Of a DNA stretch of 64,000 nucleotides, positions 16,912 through 25,062 are shown one piece after another. The position numbers were made by a program, and so were the translations under genes. The stretch is from Patescibacteria group bacterium. Lineage in GTDB: Bacteria; Patescibacteriota; Patescibacteriia; Patescibacteriales; UBA12465. Each line of letters opens with the position of its first letter. The first letter of the stretch is position 1. The stretch lies in the NCBI GenBank assembly GCA_041649315.1, contig JBAZNJ010000004.1:25060-89059 (forward strand), given 5' to 3'. The notes beneath the pieces are model-generated. The model made no database searches. It was not told the DNA's origin and saw only the letters and a program-made list of their open reading frames with translations.

Positions 16912-19900
16912 ATGAGGGAGAAAAAGCTGTTTCTAACTTTAATCACGATAATCATCGGCCTGGCGGCCGCGGTTTCGGCGCGGGCCGGCGTTTGTCCGAC
17001 CGCCAGCCCACAGGGCGTTGGTTGCGCCAGTGAACCGAGCCAGCTTTATTATTGTGCTAGCGCCTGTCGGAGTATGGATATCGCTTATTGTCCGGAAAAT
17101 TCTTTGACCCCGGTATCTCCTTGTTCCGGCCTGGACTCTTGCGGCGTCTGCAGTACTTGCGAAACAAATTATCTCTTATGTACGGCAAGCGCCTATCCGA
17201 CCCGGAGTTGTACTTATAATGATCCGGCTCTTCATTGCGCGACTTTGACTAATTCAAATTGCAACGCCGGTCAGTGTGCTATTTGCGTTACCGGATATAC
17301 TTTATGCGCGACTGATCATACTTGTATCGCGACGCAGTCCTGCGAGCTCTGGGAAACTTTTAATGCTTGTACTAACGCTTGCGAAGGCGCGGCCCCGACA
17401 TTGAAATTGAATTATAATTCAGTTAACGCCAGTAATTATATTATCCAAAGCTCAAGTCCGGTTCTTTCTATTCCGCCTTCGGGTTTGGTCGGAATCGGAA
17501 CGACGGAGCCTGGGTATTTATTTGATGTCAACGGACTTGGTAATTTTGATGATTTTGTCCGCGGTGTTACGCCGCTTGATACTGACGATTATGCTTTAGC
17601 GACCGTCGAATACGTTAATTCCTTTTCCGGCGGCGGCCTCTGGGGCGGGGAAGCGGCCGGAAATATTTGGAATTTGAATAGCGGGAACATCGGGATTGGA
17701 ACGACTGCACCGGAAGGAATATTACATTTAACCGAGGCACCTGGGGCAGCATCTTCTGTCATGTATAATGATGTCTATACGACTTTTGCCTCAGGTTCTC
17801 CGGTTTATATGTATAGAAAATCAAACAGTAATACTTTAGGGGTAAAAACAGCAACAAATAATGGAAATAGATTAGGCCTTTTTGGTTGGCAGGGCGTAGA
17901 TAGTGGTTCTAATTTTGATTATGGAGCGGCGATTACTGTATATCAGGATGGTACAGCAGGTACACGCGTTCCTGCTCGGTTGGAGCTTTATACATTTAGT
18001 GATTCAGCATCTAATAGTCCGCAATTGGTATTAGCCCCGAATGGCAACGTCGGAATCGGGACGACCGCGCCGGGGGCAAAATTGGATATTCGTGGTGTGA
18101 ATGCCAACTTTTGGAATATTAGTGGGACCGCTAATGGTAATTACGCGAATGCAGTATTTGGTGAAGGTGTGAGCGCCGGCCAATATGCTGAGTTTATAAG
18201 ATATAGTAACGCATCCCCGGTTGGTGTTTTTCCGGGGGATTTTATTGTGGCAAATCTTAATAAGAAGATTATATTTTCGACCGCGTATTCAGGTGGGTAT
18301 AGAGGAGATTTAGTAGTAAATAGTACCGGCAACGTCGGAATCGGAACAACCGCGCCGGGATATTTGCTCGACGTCAACGGTCTTGGTAATTTTGAAAACT
18401 GGGCTTATGGACTTACCCCTTTAGATACCGATGACTACGCCTTAACAACCGTCGAATACGTCAATGCGGTTGTCGACGCGTCCAGTGGCGGTTTTTGGGA
18501 CGGAGAACTGACCAGTAATATTTGGAGCTTGAATAGCGGGAATGTGGGCATCGGGACGACGGACCCGGGACAAAAGCTGGATTTAGTCGGCAGTATAAAT
18601 TTAGAAAACACGACTTCGGCCACGACCGGTATAATTTATAAAAATAGCACGATTTTCCTCCATAATTTCCAGCATCCGACCGGCGGTGGCGCCGTGCCGA
18701 CAGGTCGCAACACTTTCCTAGGGGTCGAAGCCGGCAACCTGACTATGGGTTCGACCGCGACTAACGCCAACCATGCCTCTTTCAATACTGGAATCGGTTA
18801 TGGCTCAATGCTGGCCAATACCATCGGTCAGCGTAATTCAGCCCTGGGTTATTATTCTCTCTACCAAAATACTTCCGGTAATTATAATTCCGCCTTCGGT
18901 TATACTTCTTTATATTCTAATTCCACCGGAAGCCATAATGCGGCCTTCGGTTATAGCTCTTTAACTTCGACGACCGGCAGTTATAACTCCGGCTTCGGTT
19001 CGCAGGCTTTGACGGCGAATATCAGTGGGACTTATAACTCCGCTTTCGGCTATAATGCCTTAGCATCCAATTCTACCGGTGCTTATAATTCTGCTTTTGG
19101 CGCCAGTGCTCTAAATAATACTACTGGCGGATATAACTCCGCTGTTGGTTATAGTGCCATGAACGCTAATAATGCCGGTCAGCGTAATTCAGTGTTAGGA
19201 TATGCAGCTTTGTCCGGCAACACTACTGGTAATTATAATATCGCTTTAGGTCATGCCGCCGGTTCTTATATCGCCAATGGCTCGACCGGCAACACGACTT
19301 CTGATTATTCCGTTTATCTTGGTTCTAATACTAAGGCTCTAATTGACAATGGACAGAATGAGATAGTTATTGGTTATGATGCTACCGGCATCGGATCAAA
19401 TTCAGTTGTTTTAGGAAACGATAGCATTGTCCGAACCGCACTTAAAGGTTCGGTCGGTATCGGAACGACGGAACCGGGGTCATTACTCGACGTCAACGGG
19501 CTTGGTAATTTTGAAGATTTTGTTACTGGCGTAACGCCAAACGATACCTCGGATTATCATTTAACGACTGTCGAATATGTTAACGCAGTTGTTGGTTTAG
19601 CTGGCGGCGGACTTTGGAGCGGAGAATTGGCCGGTAATATTTGGAGTTTGAACAGCGGGAATGTTGGGATAGGGACGACGAACCCGGTCGGGAAACTTGA
19701 TGTCAATGGTAGCTTGATTTTCTCGGGTTCTACCCCGACGATAAGGTCGGATACCGCCGATGGTAGTGATAATAAACGGCTCGGCCTTTCCGGTGGCGGC
19801 GGCATAACTATTAATCAAGGCGCTTATCTGTTGGCCCATGGCAACGAATACGCGACTGACGCCGGTGCTTTATGGCTTGTTTCCGGAGATGTTTCCGGGA

Positions 19901-20724
19901 GCTATATAGATTTAAGACCAAAAGGAAATACGGGAATAAGGGTTAATGAAAGCGGTCTTGTCGGTATCGGGACAACTGCGCCGAATGTTAATCTTGATAT
20001 AGCCCCGGCCGCTTCTGATGCCTCTTTAAGAATCCACGCTCGAACCAGCACGACGCCGGTCGCTTCCTTGGAATTAGTTAGGGGCCCGAGCGTGACGACT
20101 TTCGGGAGCGGCGCTTATGGCCAATATCGGTTCAGGAATGATTCAGCCACGTTATTTGTCGATTACGGAATCAATGACGCGATTTCTCAAAGATTAACTA
20201 TCAACTCCTCCGGCAACGTCGGCATCGGAACGACGGATCCGGGATCATTGCTCGACGTCAACGGCCTTGGAAATTTTGAAGATTTTGTTACTGGTATAAC
20301 TCCTGATGACACCTCTGATTATCATTTAACGACTGTTGAATATGTTAACGACGCTATTGCCGCAAGCGGCGGTGGAATGGCGAGTTTTTCCGCCTCGACG
20401 GGAACGACCTACAACGGTTCTCAGGGCGGCTACACTTCAGCTAATGCGCTTTGTAATACCGCTGATCCTGGCAGCCATGTTTGTACGTCCGAAGAAATGT
20501 TGTATACAATCAATAGTGGTTCGGGTTCTAGTATTCCGGCTAATACGACTTTTTGGATCTCTAACGGACCGCCGGCTTATACGGCTAATGCTAATGATTG
20601 CCAGGGCTGGACGAGTTCGGCTTCTGGCGATTATGGAACGGTCTGGATTAAGCTGGCGAGCGGTGACGGCTTTGGCGCTTTGAATAAATGTAATTTAACC
20701 TATAAATTTGCCTGTTGTAAGTAA
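16912..20724 (+). CDS. Giant surface protein B (1270 aa), tail-fibre-like with a Cys-rich N-terminal domain, four copies of an ~80-aa module, adhesin-head-like repeats and the same C-terminal tip domain as protein A
   Basis: Signal peptide (LTLITIIIGLAAAVSARA). An N-terminal region of about 130 aa with more than 20 Cys. The module GIGTTxPGxLxDVNGLGNFxDFVxGxTPxDTxDYxLxTVEYVN...GNIWxLNSGNVGIGTT recurs near nt 17481, 18325, 19448 and 20213. Repeats of the form NSAFGYxALxSNxTG span 18780-19330. The C-terminus is TYNGSQGG...SHVC...GPPAYTANANDC...FACCK. Confidence 0.7.
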   Translation: MREKKLFLTLITIIIGLAAAVSARAGVCPTASPQGVGCASEPSQLYYCASACRSMDIAYCPENSLTPVSPCSGLDSCGVCSTCETNYLLCTASAYPTRSCTYNDPALHCATLTNSNCNAGQCAICVTGYTLCATDHTCIATQSCELWETFNACTNACEGAAPTLKLNYNSVNASNYIIQSSSPVLSIPPSGLVGIGTTEPGYLFDVNGLGNFDDFVRGVTPLDTDDYALATVEYVNSFSGGGLWGGEAAGNIWNLNSGNIGIGTTAPEGILHLTEAPGAASSVMYNDVYTTFASGSPVYMYRKSNSNTLGVKTATNNGNRLGLFGWQGVDSGSNFDYGAAITVYQDGTAGTRVPARLELYTFSDSASNSPQLVLAPNGNVGIGTTAPGAKLDIRGVNANFWNISGTANGNYANAVFGEGVSAGQYAEFIRYSNASPVGVFPGDFIVANLNKKIIFSTAYSGGYRGDLVVNSTGNVGIGTTAPGYLLDVNGLGNFENWAYGLTPLDTDDYALTTVEYVNAVVDASSGGFWDGELTSNIWSLNSGNVGIGTTDPGQKLDLVGSINLENTTSATTGIIYKNSTIFLHNFQHPTGGGAVPTGRNTFLGVEAGNLTMGSTATNANHASFNTGIGYGSMLANTIGQRNSALGYYSLYQNTSGNYNSAFGYTSLYSNSTGSHNAAFGYSSLTSTTGSYNSGFGSQALTANISGTYNSAFGYNALASNSTGAYNSAFGASALNNTTGGYNSAVGYSAMNANNAGQRNSVLGYAALSGNTTGNYNIALGHAAGSYIANGSTGNTTSDYSVYLGSNTKALIDNGQNEIVIGYDATGIGSNSVVLGNDSIVRTALKGSVGIGTTEPGSLLDVNGLGNFEDFVTGVTPNDTSDYHLTTVEYVNAVVGLAGGGLWSGELAGNIWSLNSGNVGIGTTNPVGKLDVNGSLIFSGSTPTIRSDTADGSDNKRLGLSGGGGITINQGAYLLAHGNEYATDAGALWLVSGDVSGSYIDLRPKGNTGIRVNESGLVGIGTTAPNVNLDIAPAASDASLRIHARTSTTPVASLELVRGPSVTTFGSGAYGQYRFRNDSATLFVDYGINDAISQRLTINSSGNVGIGTTDPGSLLDVNGLGNFEDFVTGITPDDTSDYHLTTVEYVNDAIAASGGGMASFSASTGTTYNGSQGGYTSANALCNTADPGSHVCTSEEMLYTINSGSGSSIPANTTFWISNGPPAYTANANDCQGWTSSASGDYGTVWIKLASGDGFGALNKCNLTYKFACCK

Positions 20725-20745
20725 TAATTGTATAATTATTAAAGT

Positions 20746-23025
20746 ATGAAACGAAAATTATTATTCTTTATCTCCATATTTTTCACCTTAGTATTAGCTT
20801 TTTCCGCAGAAGCTGCTACTTCGCCACGCGGTTGCGAAACTGATACTATGAAAAGCGGAGTATTTTGTAATTGGGCGGAGTTGAAATCATGGTGTGATGG
20901 GAATACTCTTGTTTGCGCGGTAGAATCGACTGAGGATTGTCCGGCTAACCCAACAGGAGGCACATATACTTTTAGTTGTAATATTAATGATTGCATTCTT
21001 AGTTGTACCACGGGGTATACTAAATGTTCCGAAACCTGTAAATTAAATGTTTCTGTCCCGTCGAATTGTACTTCTTTTAATCAGTGTACGGAGGTTTGTT
21101 CGGCTTGCGCACAGGGTTATGAGCTTATTAGCGGTTCCTGTGTTGGAGCGACTTTAAAATTAAGTAGTAGCTCTGTCGGGGCTTCTAACTATATATTCCA
21201 AAGTTCAACCCCCTCTTTATCAATATTAGCTTCAGGCGATGTTGGTGTTGGAAAGATTGATCAAACATACAAACTTGACGTCAACGGCCTCGGTAATTTT
21301 AATGATTTTGTTACCGGTCTAACCCCGATGGACACACAGACCAACGCTTTTGCGACTGTTGATTATGTTAATACTTATGCCGGCGGAAGCGGTAGTGAAT
21401 TTTGGGATGGGGAGGTGACCGGGGATATCTGGAATTTAAATAGCGGGAATGTCGGGATTGGGACGAATAGTCCTTACTCTACATTACATTTAAATGTAGG
21501 GAGCGCGGGAGCCTTACAAATTTCAGCCGGAGCCGACAGTGGAGCATTTTTACAAAGTGGTGGGACGGCAGAATTCCATTTGATAGGCGGGGCAAAATAT
21601 ACTTCTTATTCTTCTCCAAATTTTATATATACCGCAAAATCAACTGCGTTTGGGGGTATTTATAGTGGAGGAGGAAATTTATATTTTTCAACTGGAACCG
21701 GCTTAACAGCTGGAAATACGTTTAATCAAAATGATTACAGAAGAATGATTATTAATTCTTCCGGCAACGTCGGGATTGGGACGATGGCGCCGGGAGCATT
21801 ATTAACGGTTAGTAGATCGGCCACACCAATTATTAGTTTAGAGGAAAGCGGACAAGCAGCTAATAATAAGATTTGGCAGGTTAGGCAGAATGGTGGATTA
21901 TTTCAGATAGTGGCCGGCAATGACGCCTACTCGGGTTCCCATAAAGGGATTGAAATTACGAGAAGTGCGACCGTCGGCTATGTCGGTAATATCAATTTTT
22001 ATACCTCTACCAGTCAACCAAGGATGACTATCTTGGAGACCGGCAACGTCGGGATAGCAACGACGGATCCGGGAACGCATCTTGAGGTTAGCCAGGGCAC
22101 TTATAGTTTGCCGGCTACTATCGGTAGTGTACAAACCGGCAGTTTGCGCTTAAGTGCTCGTACTAGCGGCAATGTCGTTCTTGACATGGGCGTTTCCAAT
22201 CCTCCGGTTGCTTCCTGGATTCAGTCAACCAATCGCGGGTCATTGGATGCCGCTTATCCTTTATTCCTTAATCCTAATGGCGGCAATGTCGGCATCGGCA
22301 CGACGACGCCGGGATCTAATAGGTTAAGTGTTAATGGCGTAGGAAATTTTGATGGTTTTGTTTATGGTGATACTCCGAACGATACTGATGACTATGCCTT
22401 AACGACTGTAGAGTATGTTAATGAGCTTTTTACTGGTGTTCCTGGCGGTACTCCTGATGCCGGCGGCTACTTGCCGCTTATCGGGGGAATGATGAAAGGT
22501 GATATTACTATGGAAGAATGGACTAGTGATGACCCCCCAGAATTTGTAGAAAAGCATAATATTACAGGAATTAACGAATTAGAGGCTGAAAAAATCACTG
22601 CCGCTACCATTGACCCTCTCTACACTCTTAACAAAACCAATTACGCGACTTTTGTTGCTTCTATTGTCGGCGGAGTGAAAGAAGAATATACCGGCAAGAT
22701 TAAGATTCGGAAAGCGGTTATGGCGCCTACGGGTCGGGAATATGAAGCAATAATTGATTTCGCGTCGGCCGAAGAAGGAAGCGAGCCCTGGGTTTGGTAC
22801 CAGGTTGTTGATTTTGCGCCGGATAATGTCGAGGCCTTTATTACCCCTTATGGCAAATTCGCCAATACTTATTATTTTATTGACGGCGAACGCTTGGTTT
22901 TCCGGGCCGATCGTCCGGTGGAAGTTTCTTATCGCTTGATTGGCAAGCGCTTTGACTGGCGCGACTGGCCGCTTAAGCCGTTTGATCAGAGCGGGAAGGG
23001 CCTTGAAGTTAAACTGATAAAATAA
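20746..23025 (+). CDS. Giant surface protein C (759 aa), tail-fibre-like; N-terminus homologous to protein B, with a different C-terminal domain
   Basis: Signal peptide (LLFFISIFFTLVLAFSAEA). The Cys-rich N-terminus and TLKLSSSSVGASNYIFQSS parallel TLKLNYNSVNASNYIIQSS in protein B. GNVGIGT motifs and the DVNGLGNFNDFVTGLTP module are present. The C-terminal ~200 aa (GGYLPLIGGMMKGDITM...) is unrelated to the A/B tip. Confidence 0.7.
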   Translation: MKRKLLFFISIFFTLVLAFSAEAATSPRGCETDTMKSGVFCNWAELKSWCDGNTLVCAVESTEDCPANPTGGTYTFSCNINDCILSCTTGYTKCSETCKLNVSVPSNCTSFNQCTEVCSACAQGYELISGSCVGATLKLSSSSVGASNYIFQSSTPSLSILASGDVGVGKIDQTYKLDVNGLGNFNDFVTGLTPMDTQTNAFATVDYVNTYAGGSGSEFWDGEVTGDIWNLNSGNVGIGTNSPYSTLHLNVGSAGALQISAGADSGAFLQSGGTAEFHLIGGAKYTSYSSPNFIYTAKSTAFGGIYSGGGNLYFSTGTGLTAGNTFNQNDYRRMIINSSGNVGIGTMAPGALLTVSRSATPIISLEESGQAANNKIWQVRQNGGLFQIVAGNDAYSGSHKGIEITRSATVGYVGNINFYTSTSQPRMTILETGNVGIATTDPGTHLEVSQGTYSLPATIGSVQTGSLRLSARTSGNVVLDMGVSNPPVASWIQSTNRGSLDAAYPLFLNPNGGNVGIGTTTPGSNRLSVNGVGNFDGFVYGDTPNDTDDYALTTVEYVNELFTGVPGGTPDAGGYLPLIGGMMKGDITMEEWTSDDPPEFVEKHNITGINELEAEKITAATIDPLYTLNKTNYATFVASIVGGVKEEYTGKIKIRKAVMAPTGREYEAIIDFASAEEGSEPWVWYQVVDFAPDNVEAFITPYGKFANTYYFIDGERLVFRADRPVEVSYRLIGKRFDWRDWPLKPFDQSGKGLEVKLIK

Positions 23026-23027
23026 AG

Positions 23028-23120
23028 TTAAAGTAGAGCTAAAGTAGAGTTAAAGTAGAGTTAAAGTAAATCATAATTTTAAATCATAATTTTAGAAATT
23101 TTAGATCATAATTTTTAAAA
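23028..23120. repeat. Two adjacent short intergenic tandem-repeat arrays
   Basis: (t/c)taaagtagag occurs about 3.5 times (23028-23068). It is followed by aaatcataatttt / aaatcataatttt / agatcataattttt (to about 23120). Confidence 0.8.
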
Positions 23121-23177
23121 ACTAATATAATAACCTTGGCGCGCTTTTTCATTCTCAAAGCCGCCGACCATAAAAAT

Positions 23178-23852
23178 ATGGAAAACAAATCAAAAAAAAT
23201 CTTAATTATCGCTGTTTTAGTAATCGCTTTGGCGGCCGTGATTACTTTAGCCTTCCTCCAAGGCCGAAAAAGTTCAGAGACGACTGTGCCAACCGTAAGC
23301 CGTCCGGCGGCGGTTCAGACCGGTGTTGACGGCGTTGCTTTAACTGAAGACGGGGACTATGCGCCGACTGAGGCTAATGCTTGGAATGAAAATGAGGCCT
23401 TGGCTGAAGCAGTGGTCGTCGTGCCCGGGGCTAATCCGATCGCGAAAGACAATACCGTCTTGACCGCGGCCGGAGAAGTCGCCCGCAATGACGCTATGCC
23501 GTCCGCGCCGGATGCGCCGCGCCAGACCCAATCGCTTGATGCGGAAAAATTGCCGGCGGAAGTAATCAGATTAGAAATCAGCGCCGCAACCGGTTATGTT
23601 CCGAATGAATTCACGGTCAAAGCCGGTGCGCCGATAACGATTTCCCTTACCAACAATGAGCCCGAGAAAGGTTCGCATGGTTTCGTCTTTCTGGATCAGG
23701 AAAATTTGTCCGCTATTGCCATGTCGGTCCGGCCGGGCGAAACCCGCGCGATTACTTTTAACGCTCCGACCGAGCCGGGTGAATACGGTTTTCGTTGCGG
23801 CATCCCGGGGCATAGCACGCGCGGAGAGGTTGGTACGATGATTGTAGAATAG
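23178..23852 (+). CDS. Membrane-anchored cupredoxin-domain protein (putative type-1 copper site)
   Basis: The track start at 23136 is TTG. The ATG at 23178 (MENKSKKILIIAVLVIALAAVITLAF) matches the paralog's start context. The C-terminal domain is FTVKAGAPITISLTNNEPEKGSHGFVF...GEYGFRCGIPGHSTRGEVGTMIVE, with a His...Cys-x4-His...Met ligand pattern. Confidence 0.65.
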   Translation: MENKSKKILIIAVLVIALAAVITLAFLQGRKSSETTVPTVSRPAAVQTGVDGVALTEDGDYAPTEANAWNENEALAEAVVVVPGANPIAKDNTVLTAAGEVARNDAMPSAPDAPRQTQSLDAEKLPAEVIRLEISAATGYVPNEFTVKAGAPITISLTNNEPEKGSHGFVFLDQENLSAIAMSVRPGETRAITFNAPTEPGEYGFRCGIPGHSTRGEVGTMIVE

Positions 23853-23999
23853 TATTCGCGTAATAACATCGGTAGCGGATGAACTTAGTGCGCCACGCCG
23901 GTAGCCGACTAGGATTGTTGATTAGGATTATGGTTATAAATAATTTACATAAAAAACATCTGTCCGCGTCTTAAAAGTCGTGGCCGGACCATTAAAAAT

Positions 24000-24668
24000 A
24001 TGGAGAATAAAACAAAAAAAACATTAGTTATGCTCGGTGTGCTGGTTGTTTTGGCAATAATCATTATCGCGATTGCTGCTCAGAACAAAAAAGCGGTTGA
24101 ACCGACGCCGGAGGAATTAGGCCTGAAGCCCTATAACGACCAGACCGCGGTTGAAGCGCCGGGCGGACCGGAAGGCACGCCGATTGACGAGGGGGATTTA
24201 GCCGAGCCGATGGTTAACGAAGTTTTGAAAGACGCGGTCGTAGCCGCCCCGGGCGCTAACCCGATTACTACAGAAGATAAGGTCGTTACTTCGTTCGGCG
24301 AGGAAACCCGGAACGATGTTGAGATAGCTTCGCCTCTTGCTCCGGCCCAGACCGGCCCGATTTCTAAAGAAGACCTGGCGGCGACGGCAATTAATCTTGA
24401 AATCAGTGCGGCCGGCTATAGCCCGAATGAATTTAGGGTCAAGGCCGGTGCACCGGTAACGATTTCTCTTACCGGTATTGATTCCGCTCATACCATTGTC
24501 TTTGAAGACCCGTCGCTGTCGGCTATCGCCATTGGCGTTTATAAGAACGAGACCCGGGCGATTACTTTTAACGCGCCGGCCCAGAAAGGCGAATATGTTT
24601 TCTATTGCAATGTTGGCGGCGTGATTCATAAGAATCGCGGCGAAGTCGGAAAGATGATTGTGGAGTAA
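24000..24668 (+). CDS. Membrane-anchored cupredoxin-domain protein (paralog of 23178..23852)
   Basis: 222 aa with the same architecture. The C-terminal domain is FRVKAGAPVTISLTGIDSAHTIVF...GEYVFYCNVGGVIHKNRGEVGKMIVE. Confidence 0.65.
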   Translation: MENKTKKTLVMLGVLVVLAIIIIAIAAQNKKAVEPTPEELGLKPYNDQTAVEAPGGPEGTPIDEGDLAEPMVNEVLKDAVVAAPGANPITTEDKVVTSFGEETRNDVEIASPLAPAQTGPISKEDLAATAINLEISAAGYSPNEFRVKAGAPVTISLTGIDSAHTIVFEDPSLSAIAIGVYKNETRAITFNAPAQKGEYVFYCNVGGVIHKNRGEVGKMIVE

Positions 24669-24717
24669 TTATTAAATAAAGTTTGTTTCATGTTTGTCGT
24701 GATTTGTTGATAACGCA

Positions 24718-24746
24718 AAAACGCCCTTAGGAAAAGGGCGTTTTGC
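24718..24746 (+). terminator. Rho-independent terminator after the cupredoxin pair
   Basis: Stem aacgccctt / aagggcgtt with loop agga, followed by a T run. Confidence 0.7.
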
Positions 24747-24965
24747 TTGTTTTAGGCGGTAAAAAATGCTATATTTTAAGGGTGGTTAATGAGTATTAGT
24801 TCAGCCGGTTCGAGACCCTGCGCAAAACCGTGTCTGGCGTTTGTAGTTTTAGACTGGTGTGAGTCGCTGATTATTGTAATGTATAATTAGATATATCTTT
24901 TTAAGCACTGGATGCCATAAAAGTTATATAAAACGCTAAATCCCTTGACTTTCGGCTAAAAATAA

Positions 24966-25018
24966 TATACATTGTCAATGTATAAAATAAGCAAATAATA
25001 TACACTGCCAATGTATAT
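24966..25018. promoter_or_regulatory. Two related palindromic boxes upstream of the DUF4143 ATPase gene (candidate operator)
   Basis: tatacattgTcaatgtata (24966-24984, perfect 9-bp arms) and atatacactgCcaatgtatat (24998-25018, one mismatch). Their centres are about 33 bp apart, 45-95 bp upstream of the ATG at 25063. Confidence 0.4.
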
Positions 25019-25062
25019 TATTAAAAAGCTGAAAAAATGTCTATTATTTAAAAGTCAAAAAT

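Noticed and set aside
15120-20724. Diversity-generating retroelement targeting the shared C-terminal tip domains
   Set aside because: No reverse transcriptase ORF is present. I could find no non-coding template repeat resembling 15120-15470 or 20380-20724 in the window. The two tips are diverged paralogs, not a TR/VR pair differing only at adenines.
23028-23120. Possible CRISPR array (short direct repeats)
   Set aside because: The units are only 11-13 nt and head-to-tail with no spacers. No cas genes are present anywhere in the window.
23136-23177. TTG start at 23136 for the first cupredoxin gene
   Set aside because: The ATG at 23178 reproduces the start context and N-terminus (ME(N)K..KK + TM helix) of the paralog at 24000.
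24786-24900. GC-richer patch after an orphan extended -10 box, containing ggttcgagaccc (T-loop-like); considered as a tRNA fragment or small ncRNA
   Set aside because: The flanks do not pair into a T-stem or acceptor stem, and I recognise no Rfam-like motif. Without covariation or expression data this cannot be supported. It would be worth an Infernal scan.
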